The translations under genes were made by a program, and so were the position numbers. Below, in pieces: positions 36,291-46,767 of a stretch of DNA of 64,000 nt. The notes under the pieces are model-generated. The model was not told the DNA's origin. It worked only from the letters and a program-made list of their open reading frames with translations, and did not search any database. Source of the DNA: an uncultured Bacteroidota bacterium (lineage in GTDB: Bacteria > Bacteroidota > Bacteroidia > Bacteroidales > WCHB1-69); NCBI GenBank assembly GCA_902774175.1, contig CACYHG010000003.1, positions 7,730 through 71,729 of the forward strand. Direction: 5' to 3'. The first letter of the stretch is position 1. Each line of letters opens with the position of its first letter.

Positions 36291-37880
36291 TTATAACAAG
36301 TTATCGATTATCCTATCAGCCATCATGCTATTGAAGAAAACATAATCAGCCTTGATGCGTTTGTACTTATACTCACCGCACATTTTCCAAATAAACTCAA
36401 ATGGTGGTTCAAAGCCTCGTTTTTTCGCATCCAAAATATAGTCTGGAAGCAAGCCGGCCATGATTTCTCTCTGGAACAGCTTTGGCTGTTGGGGATCAAA
36501 CTTCATACTTAATGGCAAGGTGTCCAAAAACGTCACCAGTTCCGGGTCCAAAAAAGGGAACCTAATCTCCAATCCGTTGGCCGCACATAACTTATTTTCC
36601 AAATAGGCGCACATCAAAGCAACATAATTCGAGAAGAGGTCTCCATAATGCGTAATAACATTTTCATGTTGGGGGTAATGATACTCCACGTAGAGATCTC
36701 TAAACTTTATCTCATCGTTTCCATTGATTAACGTTGCCGTCTTTGCAAACTTATTATAAGGTTCGTATGTCCAAGGAGTAGGATTCTTCTCGCTGACAAT
36801 TGCCGCATCGGTAGGCCACAACAAATGCTTCCAATGACGCCATACAAAAGACAAGTACTCTTTTTTGTGCTTCTTGGCCGGGTATAGGTGAATGAACTGG
36901 TTACGCAACTGCAATATTTTTACCAAACGTTGGGACTCCTTTGATGCATAGAAGCAATCGTCTCCTCCTGCTCCATGTAAAATTGTCTTGAAACCCATAT
37001 CAGCAACTTTCTTAAACAGTGCATATTGCACCATGCAGTTGACGTCGAAACTCGGTTCGTCCAAATACGGAATCAATTCATCCAGATACTTCTGGAAATC
37101 CTCAACATCCAGCTCCACATCATGATAAATCAAGCCATAATCATTCGCAAAGCGTTTCGCCACGTCGCGCTCGTCAATCCTATTCTTGTCTTTATTGCCT
37201 CTGTAACCAGCAGAAAACACATGTACTTCTTGTTGCATCTCTTTTGCAAAGAGGGCAATCGAAGTGGAATCCAAGCCACCGCTAAGCGGTACCGCGATAG
37301 GGCCCGGCGAATTTTCAATGCATTTTCTCACAGACTCTCGCAAAAGGCCCAGGGTTTGTTGTATGGCTTGTTCCTTACTCCCAGAAAATGTCGGAGTGTA
37401 GTCTCTTCTAAAATAGGTGTGGGTGTGCAGTCCTTCATCGTCCACAATAGCATATTCTCCGTCACATAGTCGCATGATCTGATTGATCCATGTATGTTGA
37501 GGTTCGATGGGATAATTATGGCGAATTGGTTGAGCCAACTCATGCGGACGAATGGTGGGATGCCCTATATACGGGAGAATCTCTTTTAATTCCGTTGAAA
37601 ACAAGATGCCCGTCTGAAGCTGGGAATAATACATTGGCCTTGTGCCCAATTTATCCCTCACGGCCATAAGCCGTCTACACTTCTTATCATACAACGCGAA
37701 TGAGAACGACCCAGACAAGTGTTTGACGCAATCTTTGCCATAGGTTACATATGCATGAACAATATCTTCTGTCGAACAGGTCGCACTATTATTGCAAAGC
37801 ATCAAATCGTGTTCTTTGCTTTCGAGCGATTCACCGGTAAACGAACAGTCTCGTGACAAAAAATCATAAAGAACTTTCAT
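36291..37880 (-). CDS. asparagine synthetase B-like amidotransferase lacking the N-terminal Cys nucleophile
   Basis: PP-loop PLSGGLDSTSIA and an AsnB-like FSFALYD..AVRDKLGTRPMYY segment. The N-terminus is MKVLYDF rather than MCG. Confidence 0.85.
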   Translation of the reverse strand: MKVLYDFLSRDCSFTGESLESKEHDLMLCNNSATCSTEDIVHAYVTYGKDCVKHLSGSFSFALYDKKCRRLMAVRDKLGTRPMYYSQLQTGILFSTELKEILPYIGHPTIRPHELAQPIRHNYPIEPQHTWINQIMRLCDGEYAIVDDEGLHTHTYFRRDYTPTFSGSKEQAIQQTLGLLRESVRKCIENSPGPIAVPLSGGLDSTSIALFAKEMQQEVHVFSAGYRGNKDKNRIDERDVAKRFANDYGLIYHDVELDVEDFQKYLDELIPYLDEPSFDVNCMVQYALFKKVADMGFKTILHGAGGDDCFYASKESQRLVKILQLRNQFIHLYPAKKHKKEYLSFVWRHWKHLLWPTDAAIVSEKNPTPWTYEPYNKFAKTATLINGNDEIKFRDLYVEYHYPQHENVITHYGDLFSNYVALMCAYLENKLCAANGLEIRFPFLDPELVTFLDTLPLSMKFDPQQPKLFQREIMAGLLPDYILDAKKRGFEPPFEFIWKMCGEYKYKRIKADYVFFNSMMADRIIDNLL

Positions 37881-37925
37881 AATGAATCCAAGTTAATAAT
37901 ATGGCCAGTCAATAGCCCAAAATAC

Positions 37926-38837
37926 TTATAGCCACGTTCCCCTTTTTTGCATGTTTTGTTTCCTGTGGCTTTTGATTTCCTTCGCTTTCCCCAAAAGAAA
38001 ACCGATATCCTTCCCAAAACCGCGACATTGTTTCCAATTGAAACGGAACAGACCCACCAACCATTTACTCACATATTTTCTCAAGTACTCACCAACCTTA
38101 AACGGATGATTAATATTGAGGTACTCCACCAAATTATTCAAATCATGGAGGTATTGTAATTGTGCACTGGTTTTTGGACGGTCTTGATGATCATGGACAA
38201 TCGTCGTCGAAGGACAAACACCGATTTTCAATCCATGATATTGCACGCGATGGAGATAATCATCGTCCTCCCCATAATGGGGGAAAACAGGATCAAATCC
38301 TCCTATGGTTTGAAGGGTGCGCTTTGAAAGCATCCAAGCAGCAGCGTGAATATAGGTAGTTTCGTATATATCCGACAACTTGTTTAAATACAAGTCTGTT
38401 ATCAATTTCTCGTTACAAGGCCGCCTGCAGAACTCCTTCATGACCAGACCTGTCTTATCCACATTCAGATGCATCGGGCTGATTATACCGTATTCCGGAT
38501 GCTTTTGATAAATCATTACCAGTTTTTCAAGAGTATCAGGCTCCATCCAGGCATCTTGGTTGAGAAGAAACACGTAATCACAACCCTGTTCCAAAGCATA
38601 CCGTATCCCTATGTTATTCGCCTTTCCGAACCCCAAATTCTCTTTCGATTCAATCAGATAGATTTCAGGGAAGTATTCCTTAATATACTCCACCGTCCCA
38701 TCGTTCGATGCATTGTCCACAACAATGGTCTGCACTGGAATCGTAGAGTTACGCAAGGAGGGAAAGCAGCGGTCGTACCACTGCTTTCCCTTATAGGTTA
38801 TTACTATGACAAAGATTTTTGGGACAGGTGATTCCAT
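37926..38837 (-). CDS. glycosyltransferase family 2
   Basis: IFVIVITYKG, VDNASNDGT, QDAW, GEDDDY. Confidence 0.88.
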   Translation of the reverse strand: MESPVPKIFVIVITYKGKQWYDRCFPSLRNSTIPVQTIVVDNASNDGTVEYIKEYFPEIYLIESKENLGFGKANNIGIRYALEQGCDYVFLLNQDAWMEPDTLEKLVMIYQKHPEYGIISPMHLNVDKTGLVMKEFCRRPCNEKLITDLYLNKLSDIYETTYIHAAAWMLSKRTLQTIGGFDPVFPHYGEDDDYLHRVQYHGLKIGVCPSTTIVHDHQDRPKTSAQLQYLHDLNNLVEYLNINHPFKVGEYLRKYVSKWLVGLFRFNWKQCRGFGKDIGFLLGKAKEIKSHRKQNMQKRGTWL

Positions 38838-40118
38838 TTATTCTTTTTTATTTTTCCTTATGCTATAGACCTCAAGTCTATTCTTTCTCAAAGCCTCAAG
38901 GGTATAGTGTTCTTTCGCCAAACGGTTGGCATTTTCGGCCAATTGCTTTCTCAATTGTTCATCCTTCAGTCGCATAATGGCATTCATAAAGTCTTCCGGG
39001 GTATCGGCAACAAAGCAATGCTCTCCATCGGTGACGGGGATGCCTTCAACACCCACTGAGGTGGTGACAAAAGGAACACCCATAGCCGCCGCCTCAAGAA
39101 TTTTCATGCGAATGCCACTACCCACCGTGATGGGGACAATCATGATGGTATCTTTCAATACCGATGGCAAATCCTCGACAAAACCGAGATACTCCACATT
39201 CTCGTGTCCACCAATCACTTCTGCGATATGGTCTGGTGACCAACGACCGATGATTTGCAACTTATAACTGCTGTCTTTCTGCCGTAACTGCCTCCACACA
39301 TTGGCAAGGAACCACTTGATTCCCGCCACATTGGGAAGGTTGCACTCGGGACCGACAAACGAAAGCACTTTCCATCCATTGGTCGACAGCATGGTATCCT
39401 GAGGCGTGTTGACCACAGCCAATGAGGTGTGGATATTTGCCGTCACTCCGGCCAGCAACAGCTTTTCGGTATCAATTGACGACAAGGTGATTACATCATC
39501 GTATGTATTGAGCAAGGCGACTTCACACATCTTGTAATAGTCCAAATACAGCTTTTGCTCAAACGCATCGCCTTTTTGCGATTGCAGTTCCAACTCATGC
39601 ACCACCCAGCCCAACTCATGATGCACAAACACCTTTCTGACCTTATCTGGCAAAACCAGTCCCAAAGTCACATTACGGAGCATCTCACATTGCACAATGT
39701 CAATCCCATATTCATCAACGATGCTACAAACATGCTTGGCGAAGCCCATTCTTTTCGGGAAAAGCTCTTCGGGCAGCCATGCCCTATGAGGAATCCGCAC
39801 CGGTGTGAAATCATACCCTGCCAGCTTTCTGAGCTTCTTCTCCGTTTTGAACAAAGGTTGGTATAACTTTTGTTTTAAGGTCTGCTCTTTGCTTTGCTGA
39901 CTCGGAATTAAGTATGGCAACACTGTGACTTTCCTGTCCAACAGCGACTTGAACTTTTCGATATTGTCATTATCCGAAGCAGCAGCCTCAAAAGTGACAT
40001 ACACATCCAAGTCCTCCTTCACCACATCAATGCCGTTGAAGATAGCCTGCGCCCCACCCGAAGTCAAAGGATAGGGCAAAAAAGGCAAAACAAATAAAAT
40101 CTTCTCTTTTTGATTCAT
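38838..40118 (-). CDS. glycosyltransferase family 4 (GT-B)
   Basis: C-terminal GSGIRMKILEAAAMGVPFVTTSVGVEG (E-x7-E). Confidence 0.88.
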   Translation of the reverse strand: MNQKEKILFVLPFLPYPLTSGGAQAIFNGIDVVKEDLDVYVTFEAAASDNDNIEKFKSLLDRKVTVLPYLIPSQQSKEQTLKQKLYQPLFKTEKKLRKLAGYDFTPVRIPHRAWLPEELFPKRMGFAKHVCSIVDEYGIDIVQCEMLRNVTLGLVLPDKVRKVFVHHELGWVVHELELQSQKGDAFEQKLYLDYYKMCEVALLNTYDDVITLSSIDTEKLLLAGVTANIHTSLAVVNTPQDTMLSTNGWKVLSFVGPECNLPNVAGIKWFLANVWRQLRQKDSSYKLQIIGRWSPDHIAEVIGGHENVEYLGFVEDLPSVLKDTIMIVPITVGSGIRMKILEAAAMGVPFVTTSVGVEGIPVTDGEHCFVADTPEDFMNAIMRLKDEQLRKQLAENANRLAKEHYTLEALRKNRLEVYSIRKNKKE

Positions 40119-40915
40119 TTTTTACTTCGCCTTTCCATCCTTTTAGCCAACTTGTCGGCGAATGAATACATTTTGCTGGTCAATTTGTGACGATGAATCC
40201 TACTATATGACTCAGTAACAGGTATAGCTTCAACCATGGCGCGAGGAAACAATTCCTTTGCGACACGTTTACGCTCTTCCAAGCCCATCACGTCAGAGAT
40301 GCCTCCTTCGGCATAAACCGCTATTTTTTTCGGAATGAATTCACTTGTAGTCTTATGATACACAAAGGCATTGACAAAGAACTTCCAATCTGAAACAGCT
40401 TTCAAGTTCTCGTCATAAAGACCGAACTGATTAAAAAGGCTTCTTTTTATGAAGGTGGCCTGATGAGGCAACCCATCTTGATAGAAGTCAATCCACGTCA
40501 AGTTGGGTTTCATCATCGACAGATTATTCACTTCTCCATCCAAACCACCTCGCATCATATAGCCGTAGAGCACATCCGCCGTATGGCTTGCAGAAAAGAT
40601 TTCCTCCAAAATCGTAGATGAAGCAAAACCATCTCCGGAATTCATGAAATTGATATACTCACCTTTTGCCTGCACAATGCCTTTATTCATGGCGTTATAG
40701 ACACCCTTATCCGGTTCGCTCACCCAATAAGAAAAACGCTCGGCATGTTGTTCTATCAACTCTCGGCTTCCGTCGGTCGAGCCACCATCAATTACAATCC
40801 ACTCAAAGTCCTTAAAAGATTGGGAAACAATGCTATCGATGGTCTTTTGGAGACCATCGCGGTTGTTGTAGTTGATGGTGATGATGGAGAGTTTCATATC
40901 AAAAGGCAAAAACAC
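40115..40915 (-). CDS. glycosyltransferase family 2
   Basis: LSIITINYNNRDGL, IDGGSTDGS, NSGD. Confidence 0.9.
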   Translation of the reverse strand: MFLPFDMKLSIITINYNNRDGLQKTIDSIVSQSFKDFEWIVIDGGSTDGSRELIEQHAERFSYWVSEPDKGVYNAMNKGIVQAKGEYINFMNSGDGFASSTILEEIFSASHTADVLYGYMMRGGLDGEVNNLSMMKPNLTWIDFYQDGLPHQATFIKRSLFNQFGLYDENLKAVSDWKFFVNAFVYHKTTSEFIPKKIAVYAEGGISDVMGLEERKRVAKELFPRAMVEAIPVTESYSRIHRHKLTSKMYSFADKLAKRMERRSKK

Positions 40916-40927
40916 TGAGCCCGATTA

Positions 40928-41584
40928 TCAATCCCTGCTTTCGCTTTGAATAAACTGATTGACATCAAAAAACAATTGCTCCACTTTCTTCAGCTTTTCA
41001 TCATCAAAGTTCCACCATTCAATGTGGCGCAACGCCTCAATTTGTTCGGGTTCGAATCTATACTTTATGATTCTTATAGGGCATCCTATCGCAACGGCAT
41101 AAGGAGGAATATCTTTTGAAACCACCGCCCCAGCCCCTATGACTGCACCATCGCCTATGTTCACCCCATCAAGCACCGTCACATTGGCGCCAATAAACAC
41201 ATCATTTCCAATCACAATGGGTTTCCGCTCCTCCACCTTGTCATAATCCGACATCGTCATGCCATTCTGCTTCCTGGTGGAATAGAACATGGGAGAGGTA
41301 CTAATTCCATAATAGGGATGAATACCCCATCCGCAAACAAAATTAGGCCCAATGGAACAAAAATTCCCTATTGTAGTTTTGGAAACACTTGAATTGTGAG
41401 CAATATAGGTATACTTTCCAATGCTTGTCTCAATCACTGAATATGGGGCATAAAGAAGCACATGCTTATTTTTGTCAATGTAGTCTTTTTGCCTCTTTAA
41501 CAAAAATAAGTCGACATCCTGCTGTTCCAGAACCCTAAGTTCAGGGAAAACCCTATAGAATAACTTACGCAGAAACTTTCTCAT
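40928..41584 (-). CDS. xenobiotic-acyltransferase-type (CatB/Vat-like) hexapeptide acetyltransferase
   Basis: IGANVTVLDGVNIGDGAVIGAGAVVSKDIPPYA plus the characteristic C-terminal ..IEWWNFDDEKL extension. Confidence 0.85.
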   Translation of the reverse strand: MRKFLRKLFYRVFPELRVLEQQDVDLFLLKRQKDYIDKNKHVLLYAPYSVIETSIGKYTYIAHNSSVSKTTIGNFCSIGPNFVCGWGIHPYYGISTSPMFYSTRKQNGMTMSDYDKVEERKPIVIGNDVFIGANVTVLDGVNIGDGAVIGAGAVVSKDIPPYAVAIGCPIRIIKYRFEPEQIEALRHIEWWNFDDEKLKKVEQLFFDVNQFIQSESRD

Positions 41585-41585
41585 A

Positions 41586-42821
41586 TTATTCCCAAGTAAC
41601 AGGCATGTTAAAGAAGCCCAATTCCTTATTGCTCACATATTGTGTATGTTCACTTCCCGTATCAGTGATGGTCAAAGGCAGAAACGACTTGCAAACATCC
41701 AACATTTTAACATTAGGCACATGCAGTATCGGCACAACAAAATAATTGCCGGGCAAAAGCAATCCCTTAGGAACAATGGCATCAACAGTAAGATGTCCTT
41801 TCTCCAACTGATGGTGCGATGTAAACAAGGGGGACTGGTGATAGTCAAACAATGTAAAACTGATGGTTGCCTTCTCTACAAACATGTTGCAGCCAATCTC
41901 AAACCTGACTTTCACATCTCTATCATAAGCAAAGTCCGAGACATAATTCCCATCAGTATCCAACATTCCAATACGTTTCAAAAACATGTCATTATCAACA
42001 TTCTCGCTAATAAAAACTTCATCAGTCGCGCCTTCAGAGATATATCGTGATATACAATCACGGACGCCTCCCATATACGCAACTTGACCATTCGACAACA
42101 TCACGCCCGACTTACACAGTTGCGCAATCGATCCCATATTATGACTCACAAACAACACAGTCCTTCCCTCTCCTGAGCTAACATCCTGCATTTTTCCGAT
42201 GGCTTTTTTCTGGAACTCGGCATCGCCTACAGCAAGCACCTCGTCCACCACAAGAATCTCAGGATCAAGATGGGCAGCAACTGCAAAGCCAAGACGCACA
42301 GTCATGCCAGAACTATAACGTTTCACAGGTGTGTCAATATAACGCTCACAACCAGAAAAATCAATAATTTCATCTAACTTTCGAGCAATATTATGCTTGG
42401 ACATACCCAAAATAGCTCCATTAAGGTATATATTTTCACGGCCTGTCATTTCAGGATGAAAACCCGTTCCCACCTCAAGCAAGGAACCAATACGGCCCCT
42501 TGCTCCAATCGTTCCAGTTGTAGGCCCTGTTACTCTTGAAAGCAGCTTAAGTAAAGTGCTTTTCCCAGCCCCATTTTTTCCGATAATACCTACGACATCC
42601 CCTTGCTCAACCTTAAAGTCAATGTCTTTCAAAGCCCAGACATATTCGCTATCAGCTGCCTTGGAGCGGTCATTGACCGAACCCACCTTAAGGAAGGGGT
42701 CTTCCTTGCCCAGTATGGACATCTGCCACCAACGCTTTAAGTCGTTGCTAAGAGTGCGAGTAGAAACCAGTCCCAAGCGGTACTGCTTGCTGATGTTGTT
42801 AAATTCTATTGCTGTTGACAT
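41586..42821 (-). CDS. wzt: glycan-export ABC transporter ATP-binding protein with C-terminal substrate-binding extension (Wzt/TagH type)
   Basis: Walker A GKNGAGKST, signature YSSGMTVRL, Walker B ILVVDEVLAVGD, then ~160 extra residues of beta-rich sequence. Confidence 0.9.
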   Translation of the reverse strand: MSTAIEFNNISKQYRLGLVSTRTLSNDLKRWWQMSILGKEDPFLKVGSVNDRSKAADSEYVWALKDIDFKVEQGDVVGIIGKNGAGKSTLLKLLSRVTGPTTGTIGARGRIGSLLEVGTGFHPEMTGRENIYLNGAILGMSKHNIARKLDEIIDFSGCERYIDTPVKRYSSGMTVRLGFAVAAHLDPEILVVDEVLAVGDAEFQKKAIGKMQDVSSGEGRTVLFVSHNMGSIAQLCKSGVMLSNGQVAYMGGVRDCISRYISEGATDEVFISENVDNDMFLKRIGMLDTDGNYVSDFAYDRDVKVRFEIGCNMFVEKATISFTLFDYHQSPLFTSHHQLEKGHLTVDAIVPKGLLLPGNYFVVPILHVPNVKMLDVCKSFLPLTITDTGSEHTQYVSNKELGFFNMPVTWE

Positions 42822-42836
42822 AATATCATTTTTTTC

Positions 42837-43826
42837 TCAATATAATTTCCTAATCACTTTATCAAAAAAACGAATCAACTTTTTATCTTTCTTCAACGCT
42901 GTCTTCCTCAAATAGGAATGCAACCAACTATCTATTGTTCGCTGCGGGTCTTTCAAGTTATATGTTTTAAGGAATACCTCATCCCAAATGTCCAGTTTAC
43001 GCAAATCTTTTATCGTATGGCGAGAGAAACGTTCTACTATATATTCATCCATATAACATTTGGCTACCTCGGTGTCCACCAATTCCAGCAAATCAAATTC
43101 GCAGTCATCCTTTCTATATAAGAATTTGTTAGGTAGAGACAGTACTTGTTCGTTATGCTTTGTCTGCGTATAACTTCTACTCAATTTCACTGGATGCCTA
43201 TGGTTCATCTCCCAGTCCACAAACTGATAGAAGCGGCGCTTTGAAGCCACCCTATGCTGATTCAGGTACGCCAAATGTAAGACTCTGAAGTCATCCACAT
43301 AATACATCTGCTTTTCCTCTATCGGATAAGGGATGCGCATGGAATGCATGTTTCGCACATAGTTGCCATGAGGCTCCTTGCCGTCATCGTGGAACAGCCA
43401 AGGATAATAAGTCGTTGGCGACAGCCAGTATTCTTTTTGATTAGGACAAATCTCCGCCCATTTAAACCAGAACACATCGCCTGGCTTGGAATTCAAGATA
43501 TGCTTCCAATCCTCCGTCTCAAAAGTATTGGCCGCCAACACCTCATCGGCATCCAATCCCCAAAGCAACGTATCGCGTCCCGCTGCAACCTCTCGTGCCT
43601 TGGCCACCAGCATCGCTTGCCGCTCAGCCTCGTTAAATTCGGGGTTCTTGTTGTCTATGAGAATCACTTTCGGATACTTTTTGACAATCTCGCGACTGCC
43701 GTCGGTTGACATCTGGTCGGCAATAATAATGTGGTCAGCCCACAAAGAAGTAGCTTCCAAAAAAGCTTTTAAAACCCATGCCTCATTGCGGACGGGGGTC
43801 ATTACGATATGAATAGAATTGCTCAC
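42837..43826 (-). CDS. GT2-like glycosyltransferase (Glyco_tranf_2_4 type)
   Basis: IVMTPVRNEAWVL, ADQMSTDGS, GLDADE. Confidence 0.72.
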   Translation of the reverse strand: MSNSIHIVMTPVRNEAWVLKAFLEATSLWADHIIIADQMSTDGSREIVKKYPKVILIDNKNPEFNEAERQAMLVAKAREVAAGRDTLLWGLDADEVLAANTFETEDWKHILNSKPGDVFWFKWAEICPNQKEYWLSPTTYYPWLFHDDGKEPHGNYVRNMHSMRIPYPIEEKQMYYVDDFRVLHLAYLNQHRVASKRRFYQFVDWEMNHRHPVKLSRSYTQTKHNEQVLSLPNKFLYRKDDCEFDLLELVDTEVAKCYMDEYIVERFSRHTIKDLRKLDIWDEVFLKTYNLKDPQRTIDSWLHSYLRKTALKKDKKLIRFFDKVIRKLY

Positions 43827-43836
43827 AATTACCCTT

Positions 43837-44817
43837 TTATTTTTTTATTTTGATTATGCGATTAACCTGAAACACTATCTCTGAAAGAGCAAAATTGCGA
43901 CACCAAAAGCCATTGAGCCCACTCCTTTTCCATTGTATTGCCTCTACAATATCAGGATGAGCATCTATAATACTTACGATATCATAAAAAGTCTGTTTAT
44001 TCCTTCGTTTTAATGCTTGTTTCAAAACAATTTTCAATTGTCTCACTGTCATTTCAACTGCCTTCTCATAAAATTGTTTCTCTTTATCAGAAAAGAAGTC
44101 TAAAATGCTCAACTTGTTTTGCAGGTTTTTATAAGTATTTTTCAATACTTTGTTTTTATCCTGAGCCTCATGCATTACCGAATTTGGATTGTTTTTATCA
44201 TAATGGTAAGTTAGGTTATCACAAGAAAGCATTATGTCGGCAAAATATGACAATAAACATATCAGTCGAACATCCTCTGCCATATTGAAACCTTCAATAC
44301 AACGGATAGCATGTTCTTCAAAAAGAGACAAACGGATAATAGCACCAGTTAAAGGCATATAGTCACCATCCAAATTCAACGCTACTCTTTGACTCTTTTC
44401 AACATTAGGATATCTTATCTCCACGACACCATCTGATCTATGTTCACATCTGGATCCAAAAACTAGATCTGCCTTTGTTTCAACTTGTTTTTTCACTAAG
44501 GTCTGGATTGCATCTTTCTCTAACCAATCGTCTGAATCAACAAAACAAACAAACTCCCCTGATGCATTATCTAAGCACGTATTTCGTGCTGCAGCAAGAC
44601 CTTTATTTCTATCATGACTAATTATTTTGACACAATGTTCTCTTTCAGGATAATCCTTCATTACATACTTCAGAATATCAAGGCTTTTGTCTGGTGTAAA
44701 ATCATCAACAAAAACAAACTCCATATCCAAATAAGTCTGCTCAAAAAGGCTGCGACTACACCTCTCAATGTAATCCTCAACACCATATACTGGTACCAAA
44801 ATGCTTATCTTGCACAT
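43837..44817 (-). CDS. glycosyltransferase family 2
   Basis: Trimmed to MCKISILVPVYGVEDYI. VDDFTPD, VDSDDW. Confidence 0.88.
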   Translation of the reverse strand: MCKISILVPVYGVEDYIERCSRSLFEQTYLDMEFVFVDDFTPDKSLDILKYVMKDYPEREHCVKIISHDRNKGLAAARNTCLDNASGEFVCFVDSDDWLEKDAIQTLVKKQVETKADLVFGSRCEHRSDGVVEIRYPNVEKSQRVALNLDGDYMPLTGAIIRLSLFEEHAIRCIEGFNMAEDVRLICLLSYFADIMLSCDNLTYHYDKNNPNSVMHEAQDKNKVLKNTYKNLQNKLSILDFFSDKEKQFYEKAVEMTVRQLKIVLKQALKRRNKQTFYDIVSIIDAHPDIVEAIQWKRSGLNGFWCRNFALSEIVFQVNRIIKIKK

Positions 44818-44862
44818 ATCAAAAATTAAACACTCTTGCACCTACCCCATCTTTAATACACA

Positions 44863-45594
44863 TTAAAGACGAAATATTATCTTACGAAATAAATTTTTTG
44901 TTTTATAAATACGCCCACCCCACGTTTCTCCAAACATATTTTTTAGTTTGACAAAAAGTTTGTCTTCATTATGCCATGAGCCAGCAAAATGATGTATCGT
45001 ATATGTATTGTCCGTTAATCGAATCTTTCCATCAACGTAAGACTTAGGACAAAAATATTCCTTGGGGAAGATGGCCAATTCTGAATTCACAATCTGGAAT
45101 TGATTATTGGGCACAAGACCTAATTGAATTGCATGTTCAGTAATGATTTGGACATTAGGTTTGGTATTATAAGCCCCATTGGGCAAGATAAAAGACTGAG
45201 TTTCATAGTATTCCAGCTCTCTCTTAGCCCACGAGCTGCCTTTTTCCGCACCCATAATTCCAGTAGGGATTGCTTCATCCACTTCAAAGCCTGAAAACGC
45301 AGGATATACCAAAAACTCATCCAAGGAGCGAAGGACTTCAACATCTGTATCCATATAAACACCGCCTTCGGAATACAAGGCATATAGCCTAACATAATCT
45401 GTCACAAAGGCAAATTTTCTACTATGGTATGCTTCTTTTACGAATTTATTGGAATTAATATCAAAGTTATCCTCGTTCCATAATCTATACTCATATTCCG
45501 GCAAATACTTATGCCACGATTCAATGCAGCGTTTGGCATCCTCTGGCATTTGGCCACGCCCGAACCAACAATAGTGAATAATTTTAGGTATCAT
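44863..45594 (-). CDS. GT32-like glycosyltransferase, paralog 2
   Basis: [28 protein letters not shown]. Roughly half of the residues are identical to 28803..29522 by eye. Confidence 0.85.
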   Translation of the reverse strand: MIPKIIHYCWFGRGQMPEDAKRCIESWHKYLPEYEYRLWNEDNFDINSNKFVKEAYHSRKFAFVTDYVRLYALYSEGGVYMDTDVEVLRSLDEFLVYPAFSGFEVDEAIPTGIMGAEKGSSWAKRELEYYETQSFILPNGAYNTKPNVQIITEHAIQLGLVPNNQFQIVNSELAIFPKEYFCPKSYVDGKIRLTDNTYTIHHFAGSWHNEDKLFVKLKNMFGETWGGRIYKTKNLFRKIIFRL

Positions 45595-46745
45595 AGTCTA
45601 TCACTAAGAAACTGAATAATTCTACTAGATGCAGCGCCATCCCCATAAGGGTTGACTGCCTCACTCATACGACGATACAATAATGGTTGCTCCATCAAAG
45701 CGATTACATTCTGCTGAATTTTTTCCCTATCAGTTCCTACAAGTAAGACTGTTCCTGCTGCAATCGCCTCAGGACGTTCTGTGGTATCCCTCATAACGAG
45801 AACTGGTTTTCCTAAACCTGGAGCTTCTTCCTGAATTCCGCCAGAATCCGTTAAAATAAGATAACTATGCTCCATCAAATATACGAAAGGTAGATACTGA
45901 AGTGGTTCTATAAGGAAAACGTTTTTAAGCATTCTGTCGCCCAAGATATCGAAAACAGGCTTACGAACATTTGGATTCAAGTGTACAGGATATACGAAAT
46001 CGGCATCAGGATAACGGTCTGCCAGCAACTTAATAGCGTGACAAATATTTTGAAAACCATCTCCAAAATTCTCTCTCCTATGACCTGTGACAAGAACCAA
46101 CCGACGTTTTTCCATAAGTCGAGTTGTATCATAACCCTTAGCCAAAATATCTTGCCTCACCACTGATCGAACCGCCTCATCATCATTCAGTCGTTTGATT
46201 ACAATATGCAAGGCATCTATCACGGTATTTCCCGTAACGATAATTCGATCTAGTTCAACTTTTTCTTTGAGAAGGTTTTCTTTTGCCAATTGTGTTGGCG
46301 CAAAGTGAAATGTTGCTATTCTACCAGTCAATTGTCGGTTCATCTCTTCTGGCCACGGACTATAAATATTATAAGTCCTCAATCCAGCCTCAACATGTCC
46401 AACAGGAATTTGTTGATAAAAAGAGGCCAGAGCAGCGGCCGCTGAAGTTGTAGTATCACCGTGAACCAGTACAATATCAGGATTGGTCTCTTTGAGGACA
46501 TCTCGCATACCAACTAATACGCGAGAAGTAACATCATATAAATCTTGCCCCTGTTGCATGATATTCAAATCGTAATCAGGTTGAATATCAAAGACACGCA
46601 ATACTTGGTCAAGCATTTCACGATGTTGTCCTGTTACGCACACTTGAGTACAAAACCGTTCTGGCCTAAGCTGAAGTGATTTCACCAGCGGTGCCATTTT
46701 TATTGCCTCTGGACGAGTGCCAAACACCAACAATACTTTTTTCAT
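45591..46745 (-). CDS. wecB: UDP-N-acetylglucosamine 2-epimerase, non-hydrolysing (paralog 3)
   Basis: [42 protein letters not shown]. Confidence 0.93.
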   Translation of the reverse strand: MKKVLLVFGTRPEAIKMAPLVKSLQLRPERFCTQVCVTGQHREMLDQVLRVFDIQPDYDLNIMQQGQDLYDVTSRVLVGMRDVLKETNPDIVLVHGDTTTSAAAALASFYQQIPVGHVEAGLRTYNIYSPWPEEMNRQLTGRIATFHFAPTQLAKENLLKEKVELDRIIVTGNTVIDALHIVIKRLNDDEAVRSVVRQDILAKGYDTTRLMEKRRLVLVTGHRRENFGDGFQNICHAIKLLADRYPDADFVYPVHLNPNVRKPVFDILGDRMLKNVFLIEPLQYLPFVYLMEHSYLILTDSGGIQEEAPGLGKPVLVMRDTTERPEAIAAGTVLLVGTDREKIQQNVIALMEQPLLYRRMSEAVNPYGDGAASSRIIQFLSDRL

Positions 46746-46767
46746 ATCATTAAAAACGAATAAAAAA

